This document shows positions 42,980 to 52,499 of a stretch of 52,627 bases of DNA, in pieces. Positions within the stretch are counted from its first letter, which is position 1, and every line of letters begins with the position of its first letter. This DNA is from Hydrogenophaga sp. (GTDB taxonomy: Bacteria > Pseudomonadota > Gammaproteobacteria > Burkholderiales > Burkholderiaceae_C), in contig JBJTNV010000010.1 of assembly GCA_046074205.1 (NCBI GenBank), positions 1-52,627 of the forward strand, read 5' to 3'. Under the pieces are notes generated by a model. That model was not told where the DNA came from and did no database searches. It saw only the letters and a list, made by a program, of their open reading frames with translations. A program made the position numbers and the translations under genes.

Positions 42980-43414
42980 ATGTTCAGCCCCTCACAAGCC
43001 GATGTGCGCCGGTTTTTCTGCACGGTGTACGACAAGCAGCGCCAACAGCAGCCGATGGAAGCGATCGAGCTGCTGGCCGCTCGGTGGTTGGTCGAACATC
43101 CCGAATACCACGCCGACTTTGCCGATGTCGACGCGGCCCTGGCGGGCATGCAGCAGGCCGGCCACGACAGGGAAAATCCCTTTCTTCACCTCTCGATGCA
43201 CCTGTCGATCAGCGAGCAATGCAGCATCGACCAGCCTCCCGGCATCCGCCAGGCAGTAGAGTTGCTGACCGCCCGCCGCGGCGATTTGCACGCTGCACAC
43301 CACGAGGTGATGGAATGCCTGGGCCGCATGCTCTGGGAGAGCCAGCGCAGCGGCCGCCCACCTGACGGGCAGGCCTACATCGAACACATCCGCCAACGGG
43401 CCACGCAGGACTGA
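42980..43414 (+). CDS. DUF1841 family protein
   Basis: VRRFF, EHPEYH, NPFLHLSMHLSISEQ..IDQP.GI, H...ECL. Confidence 0.88.
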   Translation: MFSPSQADVRRFFCTVYDKQRQQQPMEAIELLAARWLVEHPEYHADFADVDAALAGMQQAGHDRENPFLHLSMHLSISEQCSIDQPPGIRQAVELLTARRGDLHAAHHEVMECLGRMLWESQRSGRPPDGQAYIEHIRQRATQD

Positions 43415-43441
43415 GGCCCTGCGGCGCTTGCCACGGTGAGC

Positions 43442-43469
43442 AAAAAAAAGCCGCTCGATGAGCGGCTTT
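43442..43469 (-). terminator. Intrinsic terminator (strong on minus strand, weak on plus)
   Basis: A8-GCCGCTC-GAT-GAGCGGC-TTT. Confidence 0.85.
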
Positions 43470-43491
43470 GTCGTGATGAACAGTCCCCGGC

Positions 43492-44163
43492 TCAGCGGAA
43501 ACGGGACTGCGGCACGGTTTGCAACTCGCCGTCCAGAGAGCCCAGGTACTGCGCGATCTGCCGCAGTTCGGAGGGCTTGAACTGCTTGGCCATGCCGGCC
43601 ATGATCGGGTTGCTGCGCCCCACGACGTTGTTGTTGCCTTCCACCGTGTAAGCCTTGAGCGCGACGAACAGGTAATCAGCGTGCTGGCCAGCCACCTTGG
43701 GATAGCTCGGGTCGATGGGCTTGCTGAAATTGGCGCCGTGACAGGACACACAGGCGCCCTTTTCCAGCAGGGCCGCCACGGCTGCACTGGCGGCCTTGGG
43801 GGTGTCTGCAGGCGCCTTGCCGGCCTGTGCAGAGTAGAAGGCCGCCAGATCGGCCATGTCCTGCTCGGACAGCGAGCCGGCAATGCCGCGCATGGACGGG
43901 TGCTTGCGCTCACCCGACTTGTAGGCCGTCAGCGCAGCGACAATGTACTGACCGGACTGACCCGAGATCTTGGGCACCTTGTGCACCTCGGGAAAGCTGT
44001 TCTGGTAGCCCGCAATCCCATGGCAGCCAATGCACATTTCGGCCTTTTTCTTGCCGGCTTCGGCTTGACCGGTAACGCCTTGTGCATGGGCGCTCACGGC
44101 AGCCACGGAAAGGGTCGCAAGAGCGACAAGGGAACGGAGCGTCGTGGGCAACAGTTGTTTCAT
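43492..44163 (-). CDS. Periplasmic diheme cytochrome c (c4/c553-like)
   Basis: Signal peptide, CIGCH and CVSCH, distal Met in HPSM and NPIM. Confidence 0.92.
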   Translation of the reverse strand: MKQLLPTTLRSLVALATLSVAAVSAHAQGVTGQAEAGKKKAEMCIGCHGIAGYQNSFPEVHKVPKISGQSGQYIVAALTAYKSGERKHPSMRGIAGSLSEQDMADLAAFYSAQAGKAPADTPKAASAAVAALLEKGACVSCHGANFSKPIDPSYPKVAGQHADYLFVALKAYTVEGNNNVVGRSNPIMAGMAKQFKPSELRQIAQYLGSLDGELQTVPQSRFR

Positions 44164-44188
44164 TTGGCCAGCAGAATGAAGAAGTCGA

Positions 44189-44202
44189 TTGATAAAAATC
44201 AA
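44189..44202. promoter_or_regulatory. FNR/ANR box TTGAT-AAAA-ATCAA
   Basis: Perfect consensus 6 nt downstream of a minus-strand TATAAT (44214-44209). Confidence 0.85.
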
Positions 44203-44299
44203 TTTCTGATTATATAGAGACCGGTATCACCGGATACTTATTGATAACCCTGAGCCACTGGCACAACGCCCGGTAGCCCTCTCCAGCCTCCCCCTCAAC

Positions 44300-45154
44300 A
44301 TGAAATTCCAAGGCTCACAAAACTACGTCGCCACACAGGACCTGATGCTGGCGGTCAACGCCGCCATCACGCTCAAGCGCCCGCTGCTCGTGAAGGGCGA
44401 ACCCGGCACCGGCAAGACCCTGCTGGCCGAGGAAGTGGCGCAGGCGCTGAACATGCCGCTGCTGCAGTGGCACATCAAGAGCACCACCAAGGCGCAACAG
44501 GGCCTGTACGAATACGACGCGGTGAACCGCCTGCGCGACAGCCAGCTGGGCACCGCCGACAGCGCCGAGCGCGTGCAGGACATTCGCAACTACATCGTGC
44601 AGGGCGTGCTCTGGCAGGCCTTCACCGCCGACCAGCCAGTCGCCCTGCTGATCGACGAAATCGACAAGGCCGACATCGAGTTCCCCAATGACCTGCTGCG
44701 CGAACTCGACCGCATGGAGTTCTACTGCTACGAGACGCGCGAACTCATCAAGGCCAGGCACCGACCGCTGGTGTTCATCACCTCCAACAACGAGAAGGAA
44801 CTGCCCGACGCCTTCCTGCGCCGCTGCTTCTTCCACTACATCAAGTTCCCCGAAGCCGAGACCATGCGCCAGATCGTGGCGGTGCACTTCCCGGGGCTGA
44901 AGGACGAGCTGCTGACGGTGGCCATGAAGACCTTCTACGACGTGCGCAACCTGCCCGGCCTGAAGAAGAAGCCCAGCACCAGCGAACTGCTGGACTGGCT
45001 CAAGCTGCTGCTGGCCGAGGACATTCCGCTCGAAGCGCTGCAGAGCGCCGACAGCAAGGTGTCGATCCCGCCGCTGGTGGGCGCGTTGCTCAAGAACGAG
45101 CAGGACACCACGCTGTTTGAAAAACTGGTGTTCATGAACCAGAGGAACCGGTGA
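44300..45154 (+). CDS. MoxR-family AAA+ ATPase
   Basis: GEPGTGKT, LLIDEIDKAD, ITSN, LPDAFLRRC. Confidence 0.93.
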   Translation: MKFQGSQNYVATQDLMLAVNAAITLKRPLLVKGEPGTGKTLLAEEVAQALNMPLLQWHIKSTTKAQQGLYEYDAVNRLRDSQLGTADSAERVQDIRNYIVQGVLWQAFTADQPVALLIDEIDKADIEFPNDLLRELDRMEFYCYETRELIKARHRPLVFITSNNEKELPDAFLRRCFFHYIKFPEAETMRQIVAVHFPGLKDELLTVAMKTFYDVRNLPGLKKKPSTSELLDWLKLLLAEDIPLEALQSADSKVSIPPLVGALLKNEQDTTLFEKLVFMNQRNR

Positions 45155-45182
45155 GCCCCTTGCCCAACGTCGGAGGTCTGTC

Positions 45183-46370
45183 ATGCTGATCGACTTCTTC
45201 TACACCCTGCGCGCGGCCAAGCTGCCGGTGTCGGTCAAGGAATACCTGACCCTGCTTGAGGCGCTCAAGGCCGACGTGGTCGGCCCGGCGAATCCGGACG
45301 CCTGCACCATGGATGACTTCTACTTCCTGGCCCGTACCGCGCTGGTCAAGGACGAGAAGCACTTCGACAAGTTCGACCGTGCCTTTGCCGCCTACTTCAA
45401 GGGCGTGGAGCTGATCGCCGACTTCACCAAGCCCATCCCGGCCGACTGGCTGCGACAGGAACTGGAGCGCATTCTCTCGGCCGAACAGATCGCCAACGCG
45501 CCCAAGATGGACTGGGACGAGCTGATGGAGACGCTGAAGAAGCGTCTGGAAGAACAGAAGGAACGCCACGAAGGTGGCAACAAGTGGATCGGCACGGGCG
45601 GCACCTCGCCCTTCGGCCACGGCGGGAAGAACCCGCAGGGCATCCGTATCGGTGGCAAAGGTGGCAACAAGTCCGCCGTGAAGGTCTGGGACCAGCGCGC
45701 CTACCGCGATTACGACGACACGCAGGAACTGGGCACGCGCAACATCAAGGTGGCGCTGCGCCGCCTGCGTCGCTTCGCGCGGGAGGGGCATGAACTGGAG
45801 CTGGACCTGCCCGACACCATCCGCGCCACCGCCGCCAACGCCGGCTACCTGGACATCAAAATGATCCCGGAGCGGCACAACAACGTGAAGGTGCTGCTGC
45901 TGATGGACGTGGGCGGCACCATGGACGAGCATATCGCCCGGGTGGAGGAACTGTTCTCCGCCGTCAAGGCCGAGTTCAAGCACCTGGAGTTCTACTACTT
46001 CCACAACTGCGTCTACGACTACATGTGGAAGAACAACAAGCGCCGCTACGCGGAGAAGTTCCCGACCTGGGACATCATCCGCAAGTACAACAAGGACTAC
46101 AAGCTGATCTTCGTGGGCGACGCGACCATGAGCCCTTACGAGATCCTGCAACCCGGCGGCAGCGTGGAATACAACAACGAGGAGGCCGGCGCCGAGTGGC
46201 TGCAGCGCCTCACGCACGCGTTTCCCAAATTCGCCTGGATCAACCCGGAACCCCAGGGCGTGTGGCAGTATCGACAGAGCATCAGCATCGTCCAGCAGCT
46301 CATGGGCCAGCGCATGTACCCGCTGACCTTGAAGGGCCTGGAAGAGACGATGCGACTCCTGTCGAAATAA
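45183..46370 (+). CDS. VWA domain protein (MoxR partner, CoxE-like)
   Basis: WIGTGGTSPFG, LLMDVGGTM (MIDAS-like), FVGDA, WINP. Confidence 0.9.
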   Translation: MLIDFFYTLRAAKLPVSVKEYLTLLEALKADVVGPANPDACTMDDFYFLARTALVKDEKHFDKFDRAFAAYFKGVELIADFTKPIPADWLRQELERILSAEQIANAPKMDWDELMETLKKRLEEQKERHEGGNKWIGTGGTSPFGHGGKNPQGIRIGGKGGNKSAVKVWDQRAYRDYDDTQELGTRNIKVALRRLRRFAREGHELELDLPDTIRATAANAGYLDIKMIPERHNNVKVLLLMDVGGTMDEHIARVEELFSAVKAEFKHLEFYYFHNCVYDYMWKNNKRRYAEKFPTWDIIRKYNKDYKLIFVGDATMSPYEILQPGGSVEYNNEEAGAEWLQRLTHAFPKFAWINPEPQGVWQYRQSISIVQQLMGQRMYPLTLKGLEETMRLLSK

Positions 46371-46377
46371 GCCCTGA

Positions 46378-48324
46378 ATGTTCCCGCCCACTCCGTGCTG
46401 CGCCGGCCGTGCCCGTCGATGGGTGATCCTGGCCCGACTCCTGGTCTGCGCCCTGTCTCTGGCGTTCGCCGGGCCGGCGGCTGTGCGGGCGCAGATGGCC
46501 GCCGACGCCCGCACGACGGGGCCGGACACGGAGGTTCGTTTTGATGTGGAACTGGTGGCACCGCCAGCGCTGCAGACCATCCTGCTGCGCCACCTCGAAC
46601 TGCTGCGTTACCGCGAACTGCACGACCTGGACACCACCGAGCTCGAGCGTCTGCTCGCGCGCGCCCACGATGACCTGCTTGACCTGCTGGGGGCGCAGGG
46701 GCACTTCTCTCCCCAGATCCGGATCGAGGGCCCACTGCCCGCCGGTGCCACGCCGCTGGGCACGGTACGCATCCAGGTCGATCCGGGGCCAGTCACCCGG
46801 ATCGCCAGCGTACAGGTGTATTTCCGCGGGGACATCGCCGACAGTGCTGCAGCTGGCGATCAGCGGGCCGCGGTGCGGCAGGCATTTGACCTGCGGGTGG
46901 GCGACGCCTTCACACAGACGCAATGGAGCGACGCCAAAGCCGGTGCCCTGCGCGCGCTCACGGCACGCCGCTACCCCGCCGGTCGCCTCTACAACAGCCT
47001 GGCCGATGTGGACACCGTCGACCACAGCGTCCGCCTGTCGATCGAACTCGAGTCGGGTCAGCCGCTGCAGATCGACGGTGTGCAGATAGAGGGCACCGAG
47101 CGCTTTGACCCGGCGGTGATCGAGCGCCTGCTGCGCCTGAGCGGCATCACCCCGGGCAGCGACTATGACCTCGCGCGCCTGCAGGACGCGCAGCAACGCC
47201 TGGCCGCCACCGGCTACTTCGACGCCGTGCATGTCTCGGTGGACCCGGGCCTGGGACACACCCACGCGCCGGTTCGGGTGCAGGTCCGGGAAGCGCTGCG
47301 CCAGAAGCTGGTGCTGGGCATCGGCGGCAGCACGGACAACGGCGCGCGGCTATCGGTCGAACACACCCACCACCGGCTGCCCGGCATGGGCTGGCGGGCG
47401 GTGAGCAGGCTGCAACTGGAACGCCAGGACCGGCAGCTGTCGACCGAATGGAGCGCACCGGTCGATGAACAAGGCTGGCAATGGGTCACCAGTGCGCTGG
47501 CCGCGCGACAGCTCGACGGCTTTGACTCCACGTCCAGCCAGCGGCTGCGGGTGGGCCAGTCGCAGCGCAGCGACACCCTGGACCGCAGCTTTTTCCTGCA
47601 GTTCGACCGCGCACGGTCGGTCAATGCGCTCTTGCGCGATCTGGGCAGCGGGCAGGCCGATGCTGCACTGACCGCCAACTACGCCTGGACCCGCCGCCGC
47701 TTCGACCAGCTGCCCTTCCCGCAACAGGGTTGGGGGCTGGGTGTGGAGCTGGGCGCTGGCTACACCCTGGCCGGTGAACGGCGACCCTTCGGCCGCACCG
47801 TGGGTCGCTGGCTGGGCTATTGGCCGCTGGGCGAGACCACAATGACCCGTTTCAACGGCCAGCCCCCCCGGTCTTCGCCCTGGGCCGGCGCCGGTCTCGG
47901 TTCGCACATGGGCCGCCTGGTGCTGCGTGCGGAGGCTGGCGCGGTGTGGGCCAAAGCCGATACACCCGTCCCCGAAACACAGCTGTTTCTGACTGGCGGT
48001 GACGCTTCGGTGCGCGGCTATGCGTTGCGCAACATCGGGGTGCCTCAGGCCGATGGCGGCGTGTCCCCCGGCCGCTACCTGGGGGTAGGCAGTGCAGAGT
48101 GGCAGCGCCCCGTCTGGCACAACGGCCAGCGCACGCCCTGGGAGACCGCGCTGTTCATCGACGCCGGTGCGGTGGCCGAGAAGGTGGGCGACCTCAAACC
48201 CCGCTGGGGTCTGGGTGCGGGCGTGCGCTACAACAGCCCGGTCGGGCCCTTGCGGCTGGATTTGGCCTATGGCGTCGAACCCCGTGCCTGGCGCCTGCAC
48301 TTCAACGTGGGTTTCACGTTCTGA
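46378..48324 (+). CDS. tamA: Translocation and assembly module TamA
   Basis: POTRA region, GGDASVRGY, SPVGPLRLDLAYG, C-terminal GFTF; start uncertain. Confidence 0.88.
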   Translation: MFPPTPCCAGRARRWVILARLLVCALSLAFAGPAAVRAQMAADARTTGPDTEVRFDVELVAPPALQTILLRHLELLRYRELHDLDTTELERLLARAHDDLLDLLGAQGHFSPQIRIEGPLPAGATPLGTVRIQVDPGPVTRIASVQVYFRGDIADSAAAGDQRAAVRQAFDLRVGDAFTQTQWSDAKAGALRALTARRYPAGRLYNSLADVDTVDHSVRLSIELESGQPLQIDGVQIEGTERFDPAVIERLLRLSGITPGSDYDLARLQDAQQRLAATGYFDAVHVSVDPGLGHTHAPVRVQVREALRQKLVLGIGGSTDNGARLSVEHTHHRLPGMGWRAVSRLQLERQDRQLSTEWSAPVDEQGWQWVTSALAARQLDGFDSTSSQRLRVGQSQRSDTLDRSFFLQFDRARSVNALLRDLGSGQADAALTANYAWTRRRFDQLPFPQQGWGLGVELGAGYTLAGERRPFGRTVGRWLGYWPLGETTMTRFNGQPPRSSPWAGAGLGSHMGRLVLRAEAGAVWAKADTPVPETQLFLTGGDASVRGYALRNIGVPQADGGVSPGRYLGVGSAEWQRPVWHNGQRTPWETALFIDAGAVAEKVGDLKPRWGLGAGVRYNSPVGPLRLDLAYGVEPRAWRLHFNVGFTF

Positions 48325-51300
48325 TGCACACCCCCGATCTGTGCCCGCAGGACGAAGCCAGAGGCCCTGCACGCGCACGCCCGGCCCGGGCCGGGCTCTG
48401 GCTGTCCGCCGGCGTGCTGGCACTGCTGCTGGCCAGCGCCCTGGGCGCCTGGACATGGGCCGGTCATGACGGGTCGCTGGCGCGTGCGCTGGCCTGGGCG
48501 CAGGCCTGGCTGGACGACCCCGAGGGCGCGACTGGCCAGTTGCAGATCACCGGTGCAGAGGGCAGCCTGCGCCAGGGCGGAACGGTGGCATCGCTGCGCT
48601 GGACCCGACCAGGCCTGACGGTGCAGGCACAGGGCCTGACCGTCCGCTGGCACAGCGGACAGCTGCTCGATACCCTGCTGCTGCGCCAGCTGACGATCAG
48701 CGAATCGCACGTGGACCACCTGCAGGTGGAAACCGGATCGACACCCCCCAACCGGGAACCCCTGCAGTCCCTGGAACTGCCCTGGCCCGTTGACCTGCCC
48801 TGGTCGATCGACCGGTTCGACCTTCGCGGTCGCCAGTCCCTGCAACTGGTCAAGGCCCGTGGCCATTACCGCTACGCACCCGTGCTCCCCGGAGCAACGC
48901 CCGCCTGGGACCGTGCCGAGCCGGGGGTGACCTCGGCCCACCATCTGCGCGTGGACACCGTCACCTTCGCGCAAGGCCACTACCAGCTCGAGGCGGTGCT
49001 GGGCGCGCAGGCGCCCCTGCCCCTGCACGCCGCCGCCGTGGGGCGCGTGCAGACCGGAGTGCCCAACGGCGAGCACCTGGATCTGCAGGCCGCGGCCAGC
49101 GTCAACGGCACGCTGGCCGGCACAGACGCCTTGCTGGCGGTGCAGGTCCATGTGCTGCCTGCCGGCATCGAAGGCACGCCGCTGCTGACCGCTCGCGCGC
49201 AGCTGATGCCTGAGGCCTCCCAGCCACTGCAAGCCCTGAACGCGCAAGCCCATGCGCTCGATCTGGCGCTGCTGTGGCCGCAAGCCCCGTCCACCGCGAT
49301 CTCTGGGCAGGTGCAAGCCGTTCCCGCAGGACCGGTCTGGCGCGCACAACTGGACCTGCGCAACGCGCGCAGCGGGCCCTGGGACCAGGGGCGGCTGCCG
49401 GTCGACCTCCTGCGTGGCACGCTGGAACAGGACGGCCCGCTTTGGCGCGCCACCGACCTGCAGGCCGCGCTGGACGGCGGGCAGGTACAGGGCAGCGGCC
49501 ACTACCGTTTCGCCACTGAAGGCCAAACGGCGCAATGGGCAGGCGAACTGCAGGCGCGCGCCCTCAACCCCGCCCGCGTGTGGAGTCGCCTGGCCCCTGC
49601 CCGCTGGACACTGCGCGCCCGGGCACAACAGCGCGACGATCAGCCCGACACGATCGCGCTGGACGTGCAGCTGCAGGGCTCGAACGCCACCGCGACCGCC
49701 GATGCCCTGCAGCTGCGCGAGCTGCGCCTGCTCGGTCAGTGGCGCAGCGCGGGCGCCAGCGGTGTGCTGCGTCTGGACAAGGCCCGGCTGGATGCGGCGC
49801 AGGTACAGCTGGACGCCCAAGGCACGCTGGACATGACAGAGCGCCGCTTTGCCGGTCAGGGCACGGTGCAACTGCCCGGTGCGCGGGGTCGACTGGACGG
49901 TGTGCTCGCCGCGCAAGACGGCCAAGGAACGCTGGACCTGCGGCTGGACGCGGTCGAACGTGTACTGGCCTGGGGGCAGGGCCTGCAGCGCATGCCCGTC
50001 ATCGGCCCGTCGGTGGCCGACCTGCTGGCCCACCAACCGCTGCTGCGCGACAGTGGCCTCACGGGCCAGGCGCGGCTGCGTGCGCAGTGGCGGGGCGGAC
50101 TGGCCCCGACCGTACAGGCCGCCGATGGTCGCAGCCCTGCCAGCACCCCGAAAGCGCTGGAGGCCCGGGTGGATCTGGAAGTGCCTCACCTGAGCGCCCC
50201 GGCGCGCAGCGGCACGGACGGCTGGCGCGTGCACCAGCTGCAACTGCAGGCCAGCGGCCACCCGGACGATGCCGTGCTGCAGTTGCGCGGCCAGGTCACC
50301 CTCGGGCACTGGGGGACCACGCTGCAGACGCAGGGCCGTGTGCAGGGCCTGCGGGACTGGCCCGCCAGCCCGGGGGCGCCCGCGCGCCTGCGACTGGACG
50401 GCCTGACGCTGGACATCCGGGACACCCGCAGCAGCGCAGTCCTTGCCGGCTGGGCTCTGCGCACCACCCAACCCCTGCTGCTCAGCGCCAGCGGAAGCGG
50501 CCCCACCCTGACGCTGCAGGCCGCTGCGGCACAGTGGCAGCTGCAGCCGCAGGCAGCCGACGGCCCTCACCCACCCCGCCCATCCACCACCGACTCCGTG
50601 CTGCTGGCCTGGGACAGCCTGGGCTGGCACAACGGTGTGCTGCAAACGCGCGGACGTCTGCGCGGCCTGCCGCTGGACTGGCTGGATGCCCTCACCCGGA
50701 CCGATCACGCCGACACCAGCCTGCTGACGCAGGCTGGGCTGGACAGCGACATGCTGTTCGACGGCGAGTGGGACATGCAGCTGCCCTTGCAAAGCCCCGG
50801 CGCCCCAAAGCTCGAAGCGCGGCTGCAACGCCGCAGCGGTGACCTGCAGATGCGATCCGATGCCGGCGAAACGCGCGCTGGCACGCCCGCACCGGACCGC
50901 CGGGTGAGCGCTGGCGTGCGCGACGCCGGCCTGAGCCTGAGCCTGAGCGGAAGCGCGCTGCAGGCCCGTCTGCGCTGGGACAGCGAACGCCTGGGGCAGA
51001 TCAACGCAACCCTCGCCTCGTCCCTGGGGGCCAGCGTCGGCGCCACGGGACCACTGCCAGACCGCTGGTGGCCGGCCAGCGCCCCGCTGCACGGGACGCT
51101 GACCGCGCGCCTGCCGCAGGTGGGGGTGTGGTCGGCCCTGGCACCACCGGGCTGGCGCATGCGAGGCACCCTGCAGCTGGACGCTTCACTGGGTGGCACA
51201 CGCGCCGCTCCCGACTGGCGCGGAACGCTGCAGGCCGACCAACTGGCACTGCGCTCGGTGATCGACGGTTTCGAGTTCTCACAAGGCGCCCTGCGCGCCA

Positions 51301-52388
51301 GCCTCAGCGGCGAACGCGTCACCATCGAACGGTTTGAACTCCAGGGCCCCCTGGGCGGCACCCTGCAAGCGGGTGGGCAGGCACGCTGGCCGGTGGTCAA
51401 CGGGCAGCGGCAGCCACAGATCGACCTGCAGGTCAGCGCACGGCAACTGCGCGTGTCCGATCGCGCCGACCGGCGGCTCACGCTCTCAGGCCAGGTAGCG
51501 GCGCAACTGAGCGGGCCACGCCTGAACATACGGGGACAGCTCCAGGCCGACAGCGCGCTGTTTGTGCTGCCCGACGAAGCAACCCCCGGCCTGAGCGCGG
51601 ACGTGGTGGTGCGCGGGGGCCGCAACCTGCCGCCCCCCCAGGAGGCTCGGGAGCGCGTGCAGCCCGATGTGTCGGTGGACCTGGACCTCGGACCGCAATT
51701 TGACGTGCGCGGCCGGGGCCTGCAGGCGCGCCTGACCGGCCGGCTGAACCTGCGCAGCACGCCTGCCCTGCCGACGCCGCGGGTATACGGCATGGTGCGC
51801 ACCGTCAGCGGCAGCTACCGCGCCTACGGACAGCAACTGGCCATCGACACCGGGGAGCTCAGCTTCAACGGTCCCTACGACGATCCCGCACTGAATGTGC
51901 TGGCCATCCGACCCATGGGCCGCGGCACCGAGCAACAAGTGGGCGTACGCGTGAGCGGCAGCGCACAGGCACCGCGGGTTCGCCTGGTGGCCACTCCCGA
52001 ACTGCCCGACGCGGAAAAACTGGCCTGGCTGGTGCTGGGCCGTCCGGCCACCGGCGCCGGCGCAGAGGCGGCCATCCTGCAGCAAGCCGCGCTGGCCCTG
52101 CTGGCCGGCAACGACAGCACCCTCAACAGCGGACTGGCCGGCGCCCTGGGGCTGGACGACATCAGCTACCGCAGCGAAACACTCAACGCCGACGGCAGCA
52201 CCCGCGCAGCCATGGTGACCCTGGGCAAACGCCTGTCCAACGATCTCTACCTGAGTTACGAAACCGGACTGGCAGGTGCCCTGGGAACGGTTTCGATGTT
52301 CTACGACGTCTCACGCCGCTTCACGCTGCGGGCACGCGCCGGCGAGGAGAACGCCGTGGACCTGATCTTCACCCTGCGGTACGACTGA
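48324..52388 (+). CDS. tamB: Translocation and assembly module TamB
   Basis: N-terminal TM, long beta-rich body, C-terminal DUF490-type region (YRAYGQQL, P.LNVLAIR, LGKRLS); TGATG coupling to tamA. Confidence 0.9.
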   Translation: MHTPDLCPQDEARGPARARPARAGLWLSAGVLALLLASALGAWTWAGHDGSLARALAWAQAWLDDPEGATGQLQITGAEGSLRQGGTVASLRWTRPGLTVQAQGLTVRWHSGQLLDTLLLRQLTISESHVDHLQVETGSTPPNREPLQSLELPWPVDLPWSIDRFDLRGRQSLQLVKARGHYRYAPVLPGATPAWDRAEPGVTSAHHLRVDTVTFAQGHYQLEAVLGAQAPLPLHAAAVGRVQTGVPNGEHLDLQAAASVNGTLAGTDALLAVQVHVLPAGIEGTPLLTARAQLMPEASQPLQALNAQAHALDLALLWPQAPSTAISGQVQAVPAGPVWRAQLDLRNARSGPWDQGRLPVDLLRGTLEQDGPLWRATDLQAALDGGQVQGSGHYRFATEGQTAQWAGELQARALNPARVWSRLAPARWTLRARAQQRDDQPDTIALDVQLQGSNATATADALQLRELRLLGQWRSAGASGVLRLDKARLDAAQVQLDAQGTLDMTERRFAGQGTVQLPGARGRLDGVLAAQDGQGTLDLRLDAVERVLAWGQGLQRMPVIGPSVADLLAHQPLLRDSGLTGQARLRAQWRGGLAPTVQAADGRSPASTPKALEARVDLEVPHLSAPARSGTDGWRVHQLQLQASGHPDDAVLQLRGQVTLGHWGTTLQTQGRVQGLRDWPASPGAPARLRLDGLTLDIRDTRSSAVLAGWALRTTQPLLLSASGSGPTLTLQAAAAQWQLQPQAADGPHPPRPSTTDSVLLAWDSLGWHNGVLQTRGRLRGLPLDWLDALTRTDHADTSLLTQAGLDSDMLFDGEWDMQLPLQSPGAPKLEARLQRRSGDLQMRSDAGETRAGTPAPDRRVSAGVRDAGLSLSLSGSALQARLRWDSERLGQINATLASSLGASVGATGPLPDRWWPASAPLHGTLTARLPQVGVWSALAPPGWRMRGTLQLDASLGGTRAAPDWRGTLQADQLALRSVIDGFEFSQGALRASLSGERVTIERFELQGPLGGTLQAGGQARWPVVNGQRQPQIDLQVSARQLRVSDRADRRLTLSGQVAAQLSGPRLNIRGQLQADSALFVLPDEATPGLSADVVVRGGRNLPPPQEARERVQPDVSVDLDLGPQFDVRGRGLQARLTGRLNLRSTPALPTPRVYGMVRTVSGSYRAYGQQLAIDTGELSFNGPYDDPALNVLAIRPMGRGTEQQVGVRVSGSAQAPRVRLVATPELPDAEKLAWLVLGRPATGAGAEAAILQQAALALLAGNDSTLNSGLAGALGLDDISYRSETLNADGSTRAAMVTLGKRLSNDLYLSYETGLAGALGTVSMFYDVSRRFTLRARAGEENAVDLIFTLRYD

Positions 52389-52413
52389 CCCCCCACTACA
52401 ATCACGCCCCGTT

Positions 52414-52488
52414 GCCGCCATAGTTCAATGGATAGAACGAGCGCCTCCTAAGCGCTAGATGCAGGTTCGATTCCTGCTGGGGGCGCCA
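52414..52488 (+). tRNA. tRNA-Arg (CCT)
   Basis: TAGTTCAATGGATAGAAC D-arm, AGCGC-CTCCTAA-GCGCT, GCAGG-TTCGATT-CCTGC, CCA end; TACAAT -10 at 52397-52402. Confidence 0.94.
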
Positions 52489-52499
52489 CCCCGCACCGG

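Noticed and set aside
47825-47910. Possible second palindromic insert in tamA
   Set aside because: Only short, imperfect complementarity in GC-rich DNA; consistent with an ordinary variable barrel loop.
6089-51092. Other long overlapping ORFs (e.g. 6089..8062, 14431..16419, 20489..22540, 48267..51092)
   Set aside because: They lie opposite or out of frame to well-supported genes, as expected in high-GC DNA with few stop codons.
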